The notes: generated from the letters alone by a model not told the origin. A stretch of DNA of 64,000 nt from Hormiphora californensis (GCA_020137815.1 CM035353.1:3658001-3722000), one strand, 5' to 3'. Positions 24,322-37,155 are shown, counted from the stretch's first letter. Translations and numbers: made by a program.

Positions 24322-25759
24322 GTTAGTATTTATAAAGCTACCCTTCCAGGTGATATCTTTCTTCCAGCCAATAAAATCGCTTTTGAGCTGAGCCTGCTAC
24401 TTTTCAACTCGGCCATGTGCTGGTGCGTGTGGTTATAAATCTTGACTCAGATATATCTAGATATTGCTAAACTAAATCGGTGTCAACTCAATCGCAATTT
24501 CCACCGTTCTTGTGCGGTAGACGTCGCGTATATTATACAATCCAGAGGTGATTTTATTTTTGAATACATTGCACAACTAATTATTTATCGAAAATCAGCT
24601 CTCTGCTATTGTTAATAGTAATACATTCATATTCTTCCAGAAATAACTACACAGAAATATCTACATAGTGCACAGTAGGGTAAAAACGCATTTGCAGATA
24701 TCTACGTCGGGAAGTAGTCTAGACGTTTTTTTGACTAGCCAGTGGTTATGGGTTTAAGGAAAGGGGGGTCTCAGATCTAAGGGAAATCAGTATACGGTAC
24801 CCAAACAGAACGTAACAAGAGACCACAACGTAAAAAACGTCCCAAATACGTGGTCGTAGTCCAAAAACCCCCGGGGGTCTAAACAGTATAGAACGTAAAG
24901 CTCCCCCTTTCCCTTGCGTGCCAGTGCGTCAAACACTAATTTTACAACCAGAAATTTACTGAAACGTTACGTTTATAATGCATTTATTAACGTCGTGTCT
25001 AGCGTTTTGTCAGGTGTCGGTCGTAGACGTCTTCGGACTACGTCACCCCGAGGTTGAACGATTTTTACGTCTCTACGAGACTCCGGTTATACGTCCAACA
25101 GATTGCGACCAAACCATCACGTAGGACTAACTTTTAGACTACGTCAGTCCGACGAGTTTCCTTGAGCGTTATTGCGTAACACTGCAACTGTAGACACTCC
25201 ATTACACTGAAAGGAGTTGTTAATCAGAGACTTCTTGCAGGCGAAGGCGACGTTTGATTACCAGCGAGAGAAATCACTGAAGGATCGGCCCAAGAAGCAA
25301 TGCAGCATCCTCGCACGTAACACTCCCATAGTATCAGCGTTGTCCGGTAGTTTTCGGCCAGTAGAAACCAGCAAACTTCTTGACCTAGAAACAGAGAGAG
25401 CAGAGGAAGAGAAAGAGAGAGAGAGAGAGATAGAGAGCGACCTGAGAGAGAAGATGCAGAGAGGTTAGAGAGAAGGAGAGAGGAGCAGAGAGAGAGAGAA
25501 GGCAAAGAAGAGGAATAATAGATAGAGAGATCGAGACGAGAAGAGACGAGAAAGAGATCTCTCGCGCCTCACTCCCTACTCCTCAACTCTTCACTCCTTC
25601 CTCTCTCCTGCACCAGCTCTCTCCCCTCTCTCTCTCCCCCTCTCTCCTCTACTCTCTCCTCTAGGCTCTCTCTCTCAGCCTCGGGGCTTGGGTCTCTCTC
25701 TCTCTCTCTGCTCTCCTCCCCTGCCGAGGAAGCGCTACCCAAAGATCAAAATACTGATT

Positions 25760-28700
25760 TTGATCATACGAGATATCCCAGGACAACATCACACAAAACG
25801 TCGGCCAGAGCAAACGTACCCTCGGAATCCAAATTCATTTGCTCTACCTACCCAACCAGCACCAATTCATCATAATTGTATTTCAAAATCAGGGCTTCGT
25901 TTCTCCCTGTAAAGTGCGATCGCTAGCTATATACATAGGTATAAGTTAGTTGTTATAGGGAAACAATATGTTACTAATGTTATCATGGTAATATGTTACC
26001 ATGGCAATGTGTTACCAATACCATGGTAACACATCTAAAGAGTACGTTACCTTGGTCCTAGAATGTAGTTGATCAATGTCTCCAGCTCGTCAACCTCATA
26101 CTGATTTTTTACCTGAAACATGGGGAGGTGGTGGGTGAGGGATGAGTGACCCCTTAGTAAGGGGCCCTTACTAAACACGAAACATGGGGGAAGGGGCTTG
26201 GTGTGTGATGACCTACAGTGTTATAGCGGGGCTGCTGCAGTCATGCGATTGTAGCAAAATAAACATTCAAAAAAGGTCTGGCTATACAAATAATGACAAC
26301 TGCTCCCATCCCAAATGTTATACCATGGCAAGTGTTAGACCAGCCTCTTCACAGGCCTCCTTTGCCTTCAACCAAGTCCTTCTGTAAGGCGAGATGATGT
26401 ACTTTCCTTTGTAGTCGCAAGCGTACGGGTGGACCTGGACAGGGGGGGGGGGGGGGTTATCAGTTGCCATGCCGGCTGGGTTACAAGACCTGGACAGGGG
26501 GGGGTTGTTATGTTCTAACCCTCCTTGTTAACGGGGCGCGCGAAACGGGGTCTAGTTAGGCAAGGTGGGGGGTGGACCTGGACAGGGGGGTGTGTGATCA
26601 GCTGCCGCGGCTGGGTTAGAAGCAGGTGCTGGTGAGTGGTGATCAGCCTTTTGAATCCAATTCTACACGTGCTAATATTAAATACCTTGTATAGGAAAGT
26701 ATCATCCCACATTCCTTCATGGTTAATCCTCATTTGGTTTTGGTAGTACACCAGACCATCTTTTATATTCTGCTTTTGGTCGGGCATGTGTGCCATCCAT
26801 CTCTCGTATGAGTTGGGATTGTCCCCATTAGTCCACTCCCAATCCTATAGAGGTACAGGGGTATTACACTCAGGAACCGACCGAAACAAGTAAACAACCA
26901 ATCAGAACTCGTGATTTAGGTCACGTGACTGGTTATCAGCCAATCAGAGACCAGTATTTCCTGATTCGGTCGGTTTCTGGGTATTACACTACTAGCTGTT
27001 ATACCTAGCTGGTATATCCCATTGATTATTAAGAGGGGGTGTTGAATTAAATACACTTCGTTTCCGATGTGATATAGTTTTAGGGAATCAGTGCCAGAAG
27101 AGTAGCAATAAACTGCTACTGAGGTAGGCACACCGCCGACCAGGATATAGTTTGCAGGGATACACGATTGAATACTTACAGTAACACTGTAGACATCAGT
27201 ATAAGTATTTCCAAAGTTATTTCGTACTTTTCGTAGACCACTCCATACCCATTGGTCTGCGTTCCACCTGAAAGAGCGGGTTTCATTATGGCGCTGGCAA
27301 GCGCCCTTTCTCTCCCCAACCATCCTTCCCATTCAAATATCCCTTACCCAACCATCCTTTCTTCCAATATTTTTTATTGGGTTGAACTACTTTGGGTGGG
27401 AAGCACTTATAAATCAAGTTTTAAATATCATCACACACACCCAGGGATCCCACACAGCAATCGCTGCAGCTAAGGGACCAATATGAATATGCCGAATATG
27501 GAAAATAAAATTGAAAAAAATTGAAAAATAAATCCATATAAATAAACAATGACCGAGACTGCTTATTTAATTGCAAACCCGACAAATTTATAAAAGGTAT
27601 AAGTAATTATTCAAAATTAGCTTGATGGCTATACAGTAGGCTTCCCTAAGTGAAAATTGAAATTCATTATAAAATTTTCGGTCAATTTGTATTGGAAAGA
27701 GGACAAAAAAAGAAAATTTTTGGCCGAAACCGGAAGTCATAGGACTTCCTGGTTGCGCGCCGACAGGCGAAGTAACAAAGAGCGCTGCCACCGCGCGCGC
27801 GGCTAAAGTTGAATTTTTAATTTAAGCGACAGGCCGCCGCGCATTCAAAGAAGTCGCGCGGCGTTGTATTTGCGCGTGACAATTCGAGAAACCTTTTCGC
27901 TCATATCTCCGGTTCCTGATTAGATAAAGAATTGATCTTGGTTGCGTTGGAAAGGTCTTGAAATTATCTTTCCAACGCTTCCGGGTTCAATTCTTAAGAT
28001 TGCCAGGAACTCGATCTCGATTATCACGCGCAAATACAACGCCGCGCGACCTCTTTGAATGCGCGGCGGCCTGTCGCTTAAATAAAAAATTCGACTATAT
28101 TTTACTAAAATTTTTAGAATTTTGACAATAAAATCGAAAAAAGCTGAAAATTTTTGTAACGCGCAGCGTTTTTTGGGAAAGCCGCGCCTTTTTAACCCTT
28201 ATTAACTCTTGTTAACCCTTTTTAACCTTTTTTAACCTTTTTTAACCCTTTTTAAGAAAATGGGTTTCGGCATCCTCCCTGTGGTCGGCTAGCGGAGTTT
28301 GACACATTCTCCATCTTCTTTTAGACTCCCGATCAGCACACAAACTGACCGAAGTCCCATAGTTTCGAAAACACAGATAGGGAAGCCTACTATACAGTGC
28401 TCAATCTTTTCAGAGAAAGTTATAAGTAAGATCGAAATCCCCCTATTCCTCCCCAGTATAATACTCAGCTGCACCAATTAAATTCTTACTTCTTATCAGT
28501 TTCTTCATAAGCAAGACCGAATAGGTGTTTGATGTCATGGTTCTTTTCGTCGCTGTCAATAGTAACCAAACTGCCCGTAGAGAACATGCTGGATTCTGTA
28601 ACAATTGACTAAATTAAAATAATCATCACCTGCACCACCCGGCCAAACTAATAACTTTCATATTTGGTACTATTGGTACTTTAGTAAAATTCTTTTGGAA

Positions 28701-31440
28701 TCGGACGGTTGCATGTTTCAAACATTTACCGGTGTTAACCAAGTTGTTGTAACAGCTCATTTCCATGCTGAACATATCTATTTCGTCTTTTACAGTCCAT
28801 CCTGATGCGTGCTTCAAGTGACAACCGTAGACTTCTGCTACTCGAGTTGGGTCAGCAGCTGCGCCTACCTGTAGCGGTAGGAGAGATCGAGTTGAGGGGC
28901 AGCCAATACGATTGACTCTAATTTGACTACATATAATAGTACATAGTATGTATTGCTAATACACACATAACCGCAATGAAATTGATGTAAACTTACTGCC
29001 CAAGTTAGTAAAATTAATATTATTGATATTACAAAGTAATACAAGATTTGATAATTGTTTACCAGAAATCCCTTTATAAGCAAAGATATTAATGATATTA
29101 ATTAATTATTACTTACCCAGGTAAACGCTTTGCAGAGGGTTGGAATTGAGATACACGCCTTCAAACACGATCCCAAGGTGGGGTAAAGACTAGCGTCCCG
29201 GTAGTTGATTCCCGCAACATTTTCCCCCAGATCCCCCAAATAGAAATCTGTCCCACTTTTCAAGCAGTCGGAATTTGTGTAATCTAGGAATGCGGTGCGT
29301 CAACGATTAAATTAACAATCATACGATATGATATTTGCACTTATATCTCTTGCCGACCATACTACACTCTCATTTATATCTTACCACTCTCATTTATATC
29401 TTACCGACATCAAAGTGTTTGCAATTTGAATCAGCAGTCTCAAAATTAACCTTTTCCTGAGATGATTTAATGTTAGATACATGAGTTAAATTCGACCATA
29501 GCGGGAATGTTTGCCAAAAGAAAATTGAGAGAAATACAAAGAAACCGTTTAAAAGTACATATTTTTGTTCAATTTTCGTTGTTCTTTTCAAGTTTTTTGT
29601 TCAAATTTCAATATTGGGGCACAGTGTGACATCCTCCGTAAGCTGCCAAACTCTGTTCAATGTTTGTTTTTGGCAGGAAACGACCGAACCGGGTTTTTTT
29701 CCACCGAACCGAACCGAACCGAATTTGAAAAACTTTTTTACCGAACCGAACCGAACCGAACCGAACCGAATTTCGGTAACCGAACCGAACCGAACCGAAC
29801 CATACAAAACTTTTTCTGTATAAATGTTTCTCTAAAAAGTCATGGAGAGCACCGATCAAGGTATTGAGAATCATTCTCTGAAATTTTGTTAAAAAATGTT
29901 TGAAAAAATTTCAAAGTCAATTTTGTGAAAAAATTTTCAAAGTCAATTTTATCGTAAATTTTCTATGTCAATTTTTGCGTACGAATCGTGTTTCGAATCG
30001 GCAATGCTATACGGGAATGGTATTGCTAATTAGCAGGATTAAACGAACCATGAATCGTGTCTCTCTAAATTTCCTAATTAGATTTGATGGGGGATCACGT
30101 ATCAGCACAATCCATCTCGGACCCACTAATTACCAACATCACTCCCGTTTAGCATTGTCGATTAGAAACACGATTCGTATACCATAATTTACTTAAAATA
30201 TTTTTCACAAAAAAAATTTCACAAAATTTCAGGTAATGATTCTCAATACCTTGATCGATGCTCTCCATGAATTTTTAGAAAAACATTTAATTTTGTGAAA
30301 AAACTTTGTAAAATATTTCAAAGTCAATTTCGGGAAAAAAAATTCTATGTCAATTTTGCCGTACGAATCGTGTTGCGAATCGGTGATGCTATGCGGCAGT
30401 GCTCTCGCTAATTAGCAGGATTTATTGAAACATGAATCGTTTCCCCTAAACTTCCTAATTAGATTTGATGGGGGATCACGTATCAGCATAATCCATCTCG
30501 GACCCACTAATTAGCAACATCACTCCCGCTTAGCAATACCGATTCGAAACACGATTCGTACGCAAAAATTGACATAGAAAACTTTCCATAAAATTGACTT
30601 TGAAATATTTTCCAAACTTTTTTACAAAATTTCAGAGAATGATTCTTCACACCTTGATCGGTGCTCTCCATGAATTTTCTGAAAGAAAAGTTTCTGAATT
30701 TGTTGACCCTCTCATGAGGACACGATTCGACGGGAAGTCAGGTATCAAATCAATCCATATCGAACCCGCTAACTAGCGAAATCATTTCCACATATCAATG
30801 ATGAGATCTTGTTCAGGATTAAATAGGGAGGAATATCATTGATATTTAACCAAGCCATTCTTCCACAACCGTGATCTGCCCGCTGTATGTTTCCCCTTCA
30901 CTGTTGTACAGTAGGGCGTGTATGTGTGAGAGAGAAAGTGAGATTAGCAGCCAGAGAAGATATTTAAAAATCTTGTTCCATTTCCACATAGCACCACCGA
31001 TTCGAAATAGGGTTAATACGGCGAAATTGACATTGAAATCCATACAATTTTCGTGAAATAATTGAAAAATTTTGCATGAAAAAGCCCGATTTCTAGGCAT
31101 TTTTTGACCAAAAAATTCGGTGGTTCGGCCAAAATTTCCTACCGAACCGAACCGAACCGAACCGCCCAAAAAACACCGAATTTCCGAACCGAACCGAACC
31201 GAACCGAATATTCGGTCGCTTCCTGGTTTTTGGCAAGACAATTATTATTATTAGTGAGATCAGTGGCCCACTGGGCATGCAGCCTACTTCAAAAAGAATG
31301 ATTCTGCATGTAGCGTATATCCCTTGTGAGAAGTTCCCTCGAATCAGATTCTGAATTCCCTTCAGTTGAGCCTGGTTAACCACCGCCTCGACCGTGGGGC
31401 TGGTGACGAGGACACCCAGTACAACAACGAGGAACAACAT
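25760..31440 (-). CDS. Secreted tandem C-type lectin domain protein with an inserted PAN/Apple module; 3' end in error-rich sequence
   Basis: Phase-consistent exons 31440-31288, 29456-29405, 29283-29117, 28868-28730, 28595-28490, 27267-27180, 26844-26686, 26434-26324, 26112-26051, then from 25906 (noisy). Motifs: signal peptide, NFETADSNC, LVTIDSDEKN, WVWSGL, WEWTNG..Y.RW...MPD, WDD, YAC, TW.KAKEAC. Confidence 0.8.
26871..26979 (+). mobile_element. Full-length ~108-bp mini-element
   Basis: TIRs CAGGAACCGACCGAA / TTCGGTCGGTTTCTG; 11-bp direct flank GGTATTACACT. Confidence 0.85.
27814..28093. mobile_element. Foldback repeat; related sequence at ~18945-19138
   Basis: ~60-bp inverted arms TTTAAGCGACAGGCCGCCGCGCATTC; interior shared with the 19 kb copy. 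Confidence 0.65.
29674..31225. mobile_element. hAT-type non-autonomous element with (AACCG)n subterminal arrays, in lectin intron 1
   Basis: TIRs CAGGAAACGACCGAA / TTCGGTCGCTTCCTG; 8-bp TSD GTTTTTGG; internal direct and inverted repeats. Confidence 0.85.
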
Positions 31441-31647
31441 GACAAAAGTGGGGAATAAGGGACTACTAAAATCCAGGGGATATAAGGGGGGGGGGGGGGG
31501 GGAAAAAAAAAAAAAAATTAAAATCCTATCCGGATAGGCCCCATCTCGTCGCTCGAGGAGAGAGAGAAGCGAGAGAAGAAGAGAGAGAAGAAGCGCAGAA
31601 GGAGATAGAGAGAGAGAGAGAGAAGTAGAGAGGAGGAGAGCGAGGGT

Positions 31648-31679
<32 letters not shown>

Positions 31680-32032
31680 AGAGCAGGGGAGAGAGAGAGA
31701 GAGAGGAGAGAAGGAGAGATAGAGAGATAAGAGAGAGTAGAGAAAGAGAGAGAGGGAGAGAGAAGGAGAGAGCGAGATCTATATTATCTATCTAGATATA
31801 TCTAGGCGAAGGATAGCGATAGAGATCTCCTCTTTCTCCTCTCTCTCTCTCTCTCCCTCTCTTAGCAACATCTCCTATTATAACCCTCTCCCTCTCCTGT
31901 GGAGGTTATGTTCGAGAAACAAATGTTATAAGGAATAAGGAGGGGCTCAGTATAAGATGAGGTGGCACAATATGAAAGGGATGGTCTACCTTTGACTACC
32001 TTTGACTACCTTTGACTTGTTCAGCCAAAGGG

Positions 32033-35000
32033 CTAGGTATCCACTGTTATCAGAGTTCCTCTAGAGGCTAGCCATTCCAATATACTGTTGTGGTTCTGGC
32101 AGCCGTACCCCTTTATTGGGGGTTCATCTGGGATTTGTCTCAGGAATTTATCCAGGGCTCGCTTGGCCCCTTCGAGAGTTCCCTTATCCTTAACCTCCCG
32201 AGGTGCTGCATTAAAGAGAGAGACAGCTGTGGAGGTACAGGAATTGAAAATGAGTGAGTTTATCCTCTTAGATGAAGATTTACCAAGGGGTCTCTGAACA
32301 AAAGCTCCCCTTCGCCCCGATTCCCGGAATGAGAGGTTCATATGGTTAGGTATGAGGCCCCGGTATATCTTCCAGATGAAGAGAATCTTATAACGTTCTC
32401 GTCTCCTCTGCAATGAGTAAAGGTCCAACACGCGTAATCTTTCCCAGTAATTGAGAGATGCAAGTCCATTGATTTTAGCAGTGAAGGACCTCTGCAGAGC
32501 TTCGAGACGGCCGATGTCACCAACTGAGTGAGGAGACCAAATAGGAGACACATATTCTAGTTGAGGCCTCACAAAGGACTTCAGTAGAGTGAGCATCGTA
32601 TCCTTGTCTCTAGATTCAAATGACCGGAGAATTCTACCAGAAACCTGTTTGGCTTTACCACAGATTTCTGTGATGTGATCCTTCCAGTTGAGACCAGTAT
32701 CCACAGTAACTCCCAGGTCTCTGACAGTCTCCGTGGATGTAACGATGTGTCCGTTAGAAAGATTGTACGGACATTTCAACTCTTCATTACCACCATGTTG
32801 TAATAGCTGGTACTTATTAGAGTGTAGCTGCATACTGTTTTCTTTGGCCCACTGATCAATTCTGCCTAAGTCCTCCAGGAGTAGTTTCCTGTCGCCCTCA
32901 GTCTGGATTGTTTTGTGAACCTTAGCGTCGTCTGCAAACAAACGAATAGAGGAATGTTTTAAAACACTGGCAAGGTCGTCCACATATAGAAGAAAAAGAA
33001 GTGGAGCTAGGACAGTGCCTTGGGGCACACCAGATTTAACCTCTGCTGACGTAGACATCGCTCCCTGGACCACCACAGATTGAGATCTGCCGACAAGGAA
33101 GGATTCTATCCAGTTCAGAAGTTTGCCCCCAATTCTGAACTTGTTGAGTTTTTCCAGCAGTTTCTGATGGGAAACCTTGTCGAAGGCTTTGGCCATATCA
33201 AGAAGCATCACATCTGCGTTGTAACCCAGCTCCAAATCACCTAGAACTGCATCCAGATGTTCCACCAACTGAGTCATGCAGGATCTACCATGTCTAAAGC
33301 CATGTTGACTCTGGGAGAGGAGGCCATTTCCTTCAATGAATGTAACCATTTCCTTTCTCACCACTCGCTCGAACAGTTTGGCCAGGTGTGATGTTAAGGA
33401 CACGGGGCGGTAGTTCGAGGGTTGGCCTCTATCCCCCTTCTTGTAAATAGGAACAATGGTCTGGTGCTTGAATATCTCCGCAACTTGACCAGAGTTAAAT
33501 CCCCTCTGCCAGAGATCAGCTAGAACGGGGGCTAGGAGTTGAGAGCACTCCTTCAGGACAACAACCGGGAACTTGTCAGGCCCCGGAGCAGAGGATATGT
33601 CCATTTCACCAATAGCTTCAATGATTGCCTGGGCAGAAATAGATATATCATTGAGAGCTTTTAGCGGGCTACCCCTATCGGACAAGGGAGTAGCTGGAAC
33701 CGGATCAGAAAATACGGCGGTGTACTGGTCTTGCAGTAAGTTGGCCATATCCACCGGATCAGAAGTTAGTCCGCCATCAGGTTTCCTTAGCGGGCCTATC
33801 CTGCATGAGGAAGGTTTCATCCTGTTGGCGAAAGAGTAGAAAGACTTCGGGTTTATCTTGATCTTCTCAATAGCCCTCTGTTCAGACTGCCTAGCTTCTC
33901 TCTCTATGCTGGCAGCCATATCAAGTTCAATGTCGCCCAGCAAGTTTATCAGGTAGGATATTCTGGGGACATCACCAGGGTTAATCGCTTTTACAGCAGT
34001 TAACCTGGTTTTGAGCTTCCTCTTTTTTCTCAAAAGAATAACTCTGTCGTGGGGAATCCTGCGTGAGGGATGCCGGGCCCGGGAGGGTCCCTTAGGAGGA
34101 GCATGTCTGCAGCAGATTTCTCCAACAATGTCAATAAAGTTATCCCAAACAATGTTTTGATCGTCTGAACCACATCTCGTGACCCAGTCCACCGCATATA
34201 GTTCCTCTCGGATAGCGTCCCAGTTAGCCTTATGAAGGTTGACTGAATCAAAGACAGATCTCACGGTACCACTCTTCTGGTGAGTGGAGACTACAAGGAA
34301 CCACTTAGGAGGGATAGCGTAACCTTGAGGTTGAGACGTAGAAGAAGAATCAGCCAGTGTGGAGAGGAGGGTGGCATCAATGGCTGTTATCAGCGACCTG
34401 CGGAATTTCAGGTCCCACCTAGCAGGTCTGGTAGGCCCTCTCTTGGAGGGGTCGAGGCCAGGGATTTCGGATTTACACATTCTCACTGTGACTAGGTCGT
34501 GATCAGACAAACTAGTCCCTGTTACCTCTAAACTGTGAACGAGAGCAGCATTATTAACCAGGACCAGATCCAGTATATTGTTACTTTTACCTCTCCTAGT
34601 TGGTTCCGTAACAACTTGGTCCAGGAATAAATCTTCAGCCAGCTGTACCAGTAGTTCAGCTGACTGCCTCTCAGATTGAAGAACATTCATACCTGTAGTG
34701 ACGTCATACTTATTCCAGTCCATGAAGGGGAAGTTGAAATCACCTGACAAGATTATCGTGGCAGAGGTATGCTTGGCCGCGAACACACGTATCGCAGAGC
34801 ACAGATTCCGGAAGTGATCAACTGGGCAGGATTTCTCTGGTTCAGAAAAGTTGGGAGGGGGCCGGTACACTCCAATCACAATAAAGTCAATAGATTCGAG
34901 ATACAAGATTGCCGCCTCGCAGTACGATGAAGAGAAAATTGCTTGCTCACCCACCAGAATAGATGATTTGACGTAGACTGCAACCCCGCCCTGGTGACGT

Positions 35001-35224
35001 CTCACCCTGTCAGCTCTGAAGACATTATAACCAGGGATAGCAACTTCCTGGTCACCGATTAAAGAGTTAATATGAGTTTCAGTGAATGTCAAAAATGGGA
35101 TTTCAGCGGGGGACGAGGTTACAAATTCACCCAGCTGCCTGATTTTCAGACGGTGGGTGTAGTTGGAGGGGTTACACCCTCTAACATTTAGAAGTAAAAA
35201 ATCTGCTACTGCCTTCTCCCCCAC
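32033..35224 (-). CDS. LINE ORF2: AP endonuclease + reverse transcriptase, 1063 aa, uninterrupted
   Basis: LNVRG, FTETH, GDFN, LDL, SDH; NYRPVSL, QHGFR, DMAKAFD, GVPQG, LFADD, RDLG; no ATG at the start. Confidence 0.93.
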   Translation of the reverse strand: MGEKAVADFLLLNVRGCNPSNYTHRLKIRQLGEFVTSSPAEIPFLTFTETHINSLIGDQEVAIPGYNVFRADRVRRHQGGVAVYVKSSILVGEQAIFSSSYCEAAILYLESIDFIVIGVYRPPPNFSEPEKSCPVDHFRNLCSAIRVFAAKHTSATIILSGDFNFPFMDWNKYDVTTGMNVLQSERQSAELLVQLAEDLFLDQVVTEPTRRGKSNNILDLVLVNNAALVHSLEVTGTSLSDHDLVTVRMCKSEIPGLDPSKRGPTRPARWDLKFRRSLITAIDATLLSTLADSSSTSQPQGYAIPPKWFLVVSTHQKSGTVRSVFDSVNLHKANWDAIREELYAVDWVTRCGSDDQNIVWDNFIDIVGEICCRHAPPKGPSRARHPSRRIPHDRVILLRKKRKLKTRLTAVKAINPGDVPRISYLINLLGDIELDMAASIEREARQSEQRAIEKIKINPKSFYSFANRMKPSSCRIGPLRKPDGGLTSDPVDMANLLQDQYTAVFSDPVPATPLSDRGSPLKALNDISISAQAIIEAIGEMDISSAPGPDKFPVVVLKECSQLLAPVLADLWQRGFNSGQVAEIFKHQTIVPIYKKGDRGQPSNYRPVSLTSHLAKLFERVVRKEMVTFIEGNGLLSQSQHGFRHGRSCMTQLVEHLDAVLGDLELGYNADVMLLDMAKAFDKVSHQKLLEKLNKFRIGGKLLNWIESFLVGRSQSVVVQGAMSTSAEVKSGVPQGTVLAPLLFLLYVDDLASVLKHSSIRLFADDAKVHKTIQTEGDRKLLLEDLGRIDQWAKENSMQLHSNKYQLLQHGGNEELKCPYNLSNGHIVTSTETVRDLGVTVDTGLNWKDHITEICGKAKQVSGRILRSFESRDKDTMLTLLKSFVRPQLEYVSPIWSPHSVGDIGRLEALQRSFTAKINGLASLNYWERLRVLDLYSLQRRRERYKILFIWKIYRGLIPNHMNLSFRESGRRGAFVQRPLGKSSSKRINSLIFNSCTSTAVSLFNAAPREVKDKGTLEGAKRALDKFLRQIPDEPPIKGYGCQNHNSILEWLASRGTLITVDT

Positions 35225-36553
35225 ACTGGACCGTACATTCCCATCATACCCTGTTGTTGAGGTTGAAATTGAGGGTAAAACTGGTAGGCAGGTGGTGGAT
35301 ACTGGTACATCTGCGGTGGTGGCAATAGTTGGGTACTCGGTGCCACCTGGGCTGGTGGCTGAGCAGGGGGTTGCTGCACTGGAGTGCCTGTGGCGGCAGC
35401 GGAGAGAATTCGGGAGGTAGAGACTTGCAGGTTCTGGATTAGGGTTAGAAAATCCTGGTTCCTGTCAGTCGTGGGAGCTAGAAAAGCAGTAGGAGTATTG
35501 GTAGCTGTAGCTGTAGGAGCAGGATTTGGAGTCACAGCATGGTGTTTGGAGGCCGGAGGGATGGTACAGGCACATGCCGTACATGAAGTTACCGCCTGGG
35601 TAACGTCGGGAGTCTCCTTCTTAGAATGCTGCTTTTTCCTGATCGTCCTGACATGATGTAGGCGGCAGTTTTCCGTCGTACACCGCTGGCCGTTAGCTTT
35701 AGTGGGGCACAGTTTAGGGTGGTAGTATTTGCAATTAACATCCTTTACTACATCCACGGTTCTTATCTGAACCCCATCTCTGGTAATTGGCACAGTAGGG
35801 AGGGTGGTAAGCAGGACATGATTTACCAGATATACCGTGGTTACATTTTCCTTTCAGTAGGAACCTACATACACTGATAGTCCTGTCATACCCTTGAGTT
35901 TTTCCCTCAGTGGAATTTAAAGGGTGAGGGGTAGGTGTGGCCTTCTTACCCTCATTGCCCGCTGCAGGGGCTGGAGTGGTTCCATCTTCCACCTTATCCT
36001 GAACAATGATATCTGGGTCTACTTCAATATCAATAACAGTGTCATTAGCTGATACAACAGATGACGAAGAAGCAGGTAGTTTAGGTTTGGTGGGTTGAAG
36101 TGGGACTGATGTCATCTGTAATTTGTTGGAACAAGAGACACAGCAGTAACACACACCTAGAGAATAGTTAATGTTCGGATAGCAATTCTTGTGAGCTGGA
36201 GAACCACAGTGGAAACAGTACACAAAATCTGATTCTCTGAGAGAGAAATGGGGCGCTGTTGACAGTGAACACACTCGGCATGTCTCAATACTGATAACGA
36301 AGAAGGAAGAGATAATTCCAGCCACGTATACCTTGGTGTTAGTCTTCTCAGGGACACATAAAACTGATCTCCCAACAAAATGATTGACTATAAATTCATT
36401 GATCGCTGAAACTGTTGCCGATAGGTCAGGACCCTGGAACTTGATCCCTAAATCGTCGACCGACGCACCTGTCGCCACAAAATCCAACACTGTTTTGACA
36501 ATTGACATTTCAGTTGATTGTTTGACAAGTCCGATGAGTTTGGTTTGGAGCAT
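35206..36553 (-). pseudogene. LINE ORF1 with PHD finger and CCCH-type zinc fingers; one frameshift at ~35737
   Basis: C..C...C..C...H..C...C..C PHD pattern; C.F...G.C.HG...C...HP repeats; deleting one T in GGATGTTAATTGC joins the frames as KGCNCKYYHP. Confidence 0.8.
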
Positions 36554-37155
36554 GGTGAGGGATTAAGGGGTTCTTGGGGTCTTGATGGCGGTCAGAGAGG
36601 GAGAGGGGCGGTAATAATAATTAATGAACAGAAATTAGTGTGGAGGATCCGAAATTTGCGAATTGGTTGCAGTTATTGGTCCACTAAAAACAGGTAGCCA
36701 CACCCGCTTTAACAGAGCAGTAGGAAACATGTGGGCCGAAGTCCCATGAAAAGTTGAAGTGCTCCGAGAACAATTATCCTCCAGAAAGAATTTAAATTCC
36801 CGAAATGCTACCAAATATTATGGTCAAAAATGGCTGGGCAAATGGAGTTATACAACTGCACTACACAATAGGATTGTGTGCTGCACAGTAAATTGAGCGC
36901 CACGGCCCACGGCGAAAAAGGTTTCTAAAAATGCTGCAAAAGGACGCAGTCGTTACATGGAGTCGTTACACCCAGAGCAGCGCGGGTGCTCTGGGACATT
37001 GGTAATGAAATTAGTAATTACTCCTCTGTTGCAGGTGTCATTTGTCAATGTCATCAAGTTGGGGGCATGCTGCATGCATTGAACTAACCAATCAATTCAG
37101 TGATGAATACTCAAGCCCAAAGTATTGAAAATATAAATAAAATGTATATAATATA

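Larger units (their letters stand above)
31986..36990 (-). mobile_element. Near full-length CR1/L2-group LINE
   Basis: ORF1 + overlapping ORF2; 3' tail of (TCAAAGGTAG)x3 at 31986-32016; 5' limit approximate. Confidence 0.9.

Noticed and set aside
30846-30900. Candidate lectin exon 2
   Set aside because: Inside the hAT element and needs a frameshift; 29456-29405 fits phase and motif exactly
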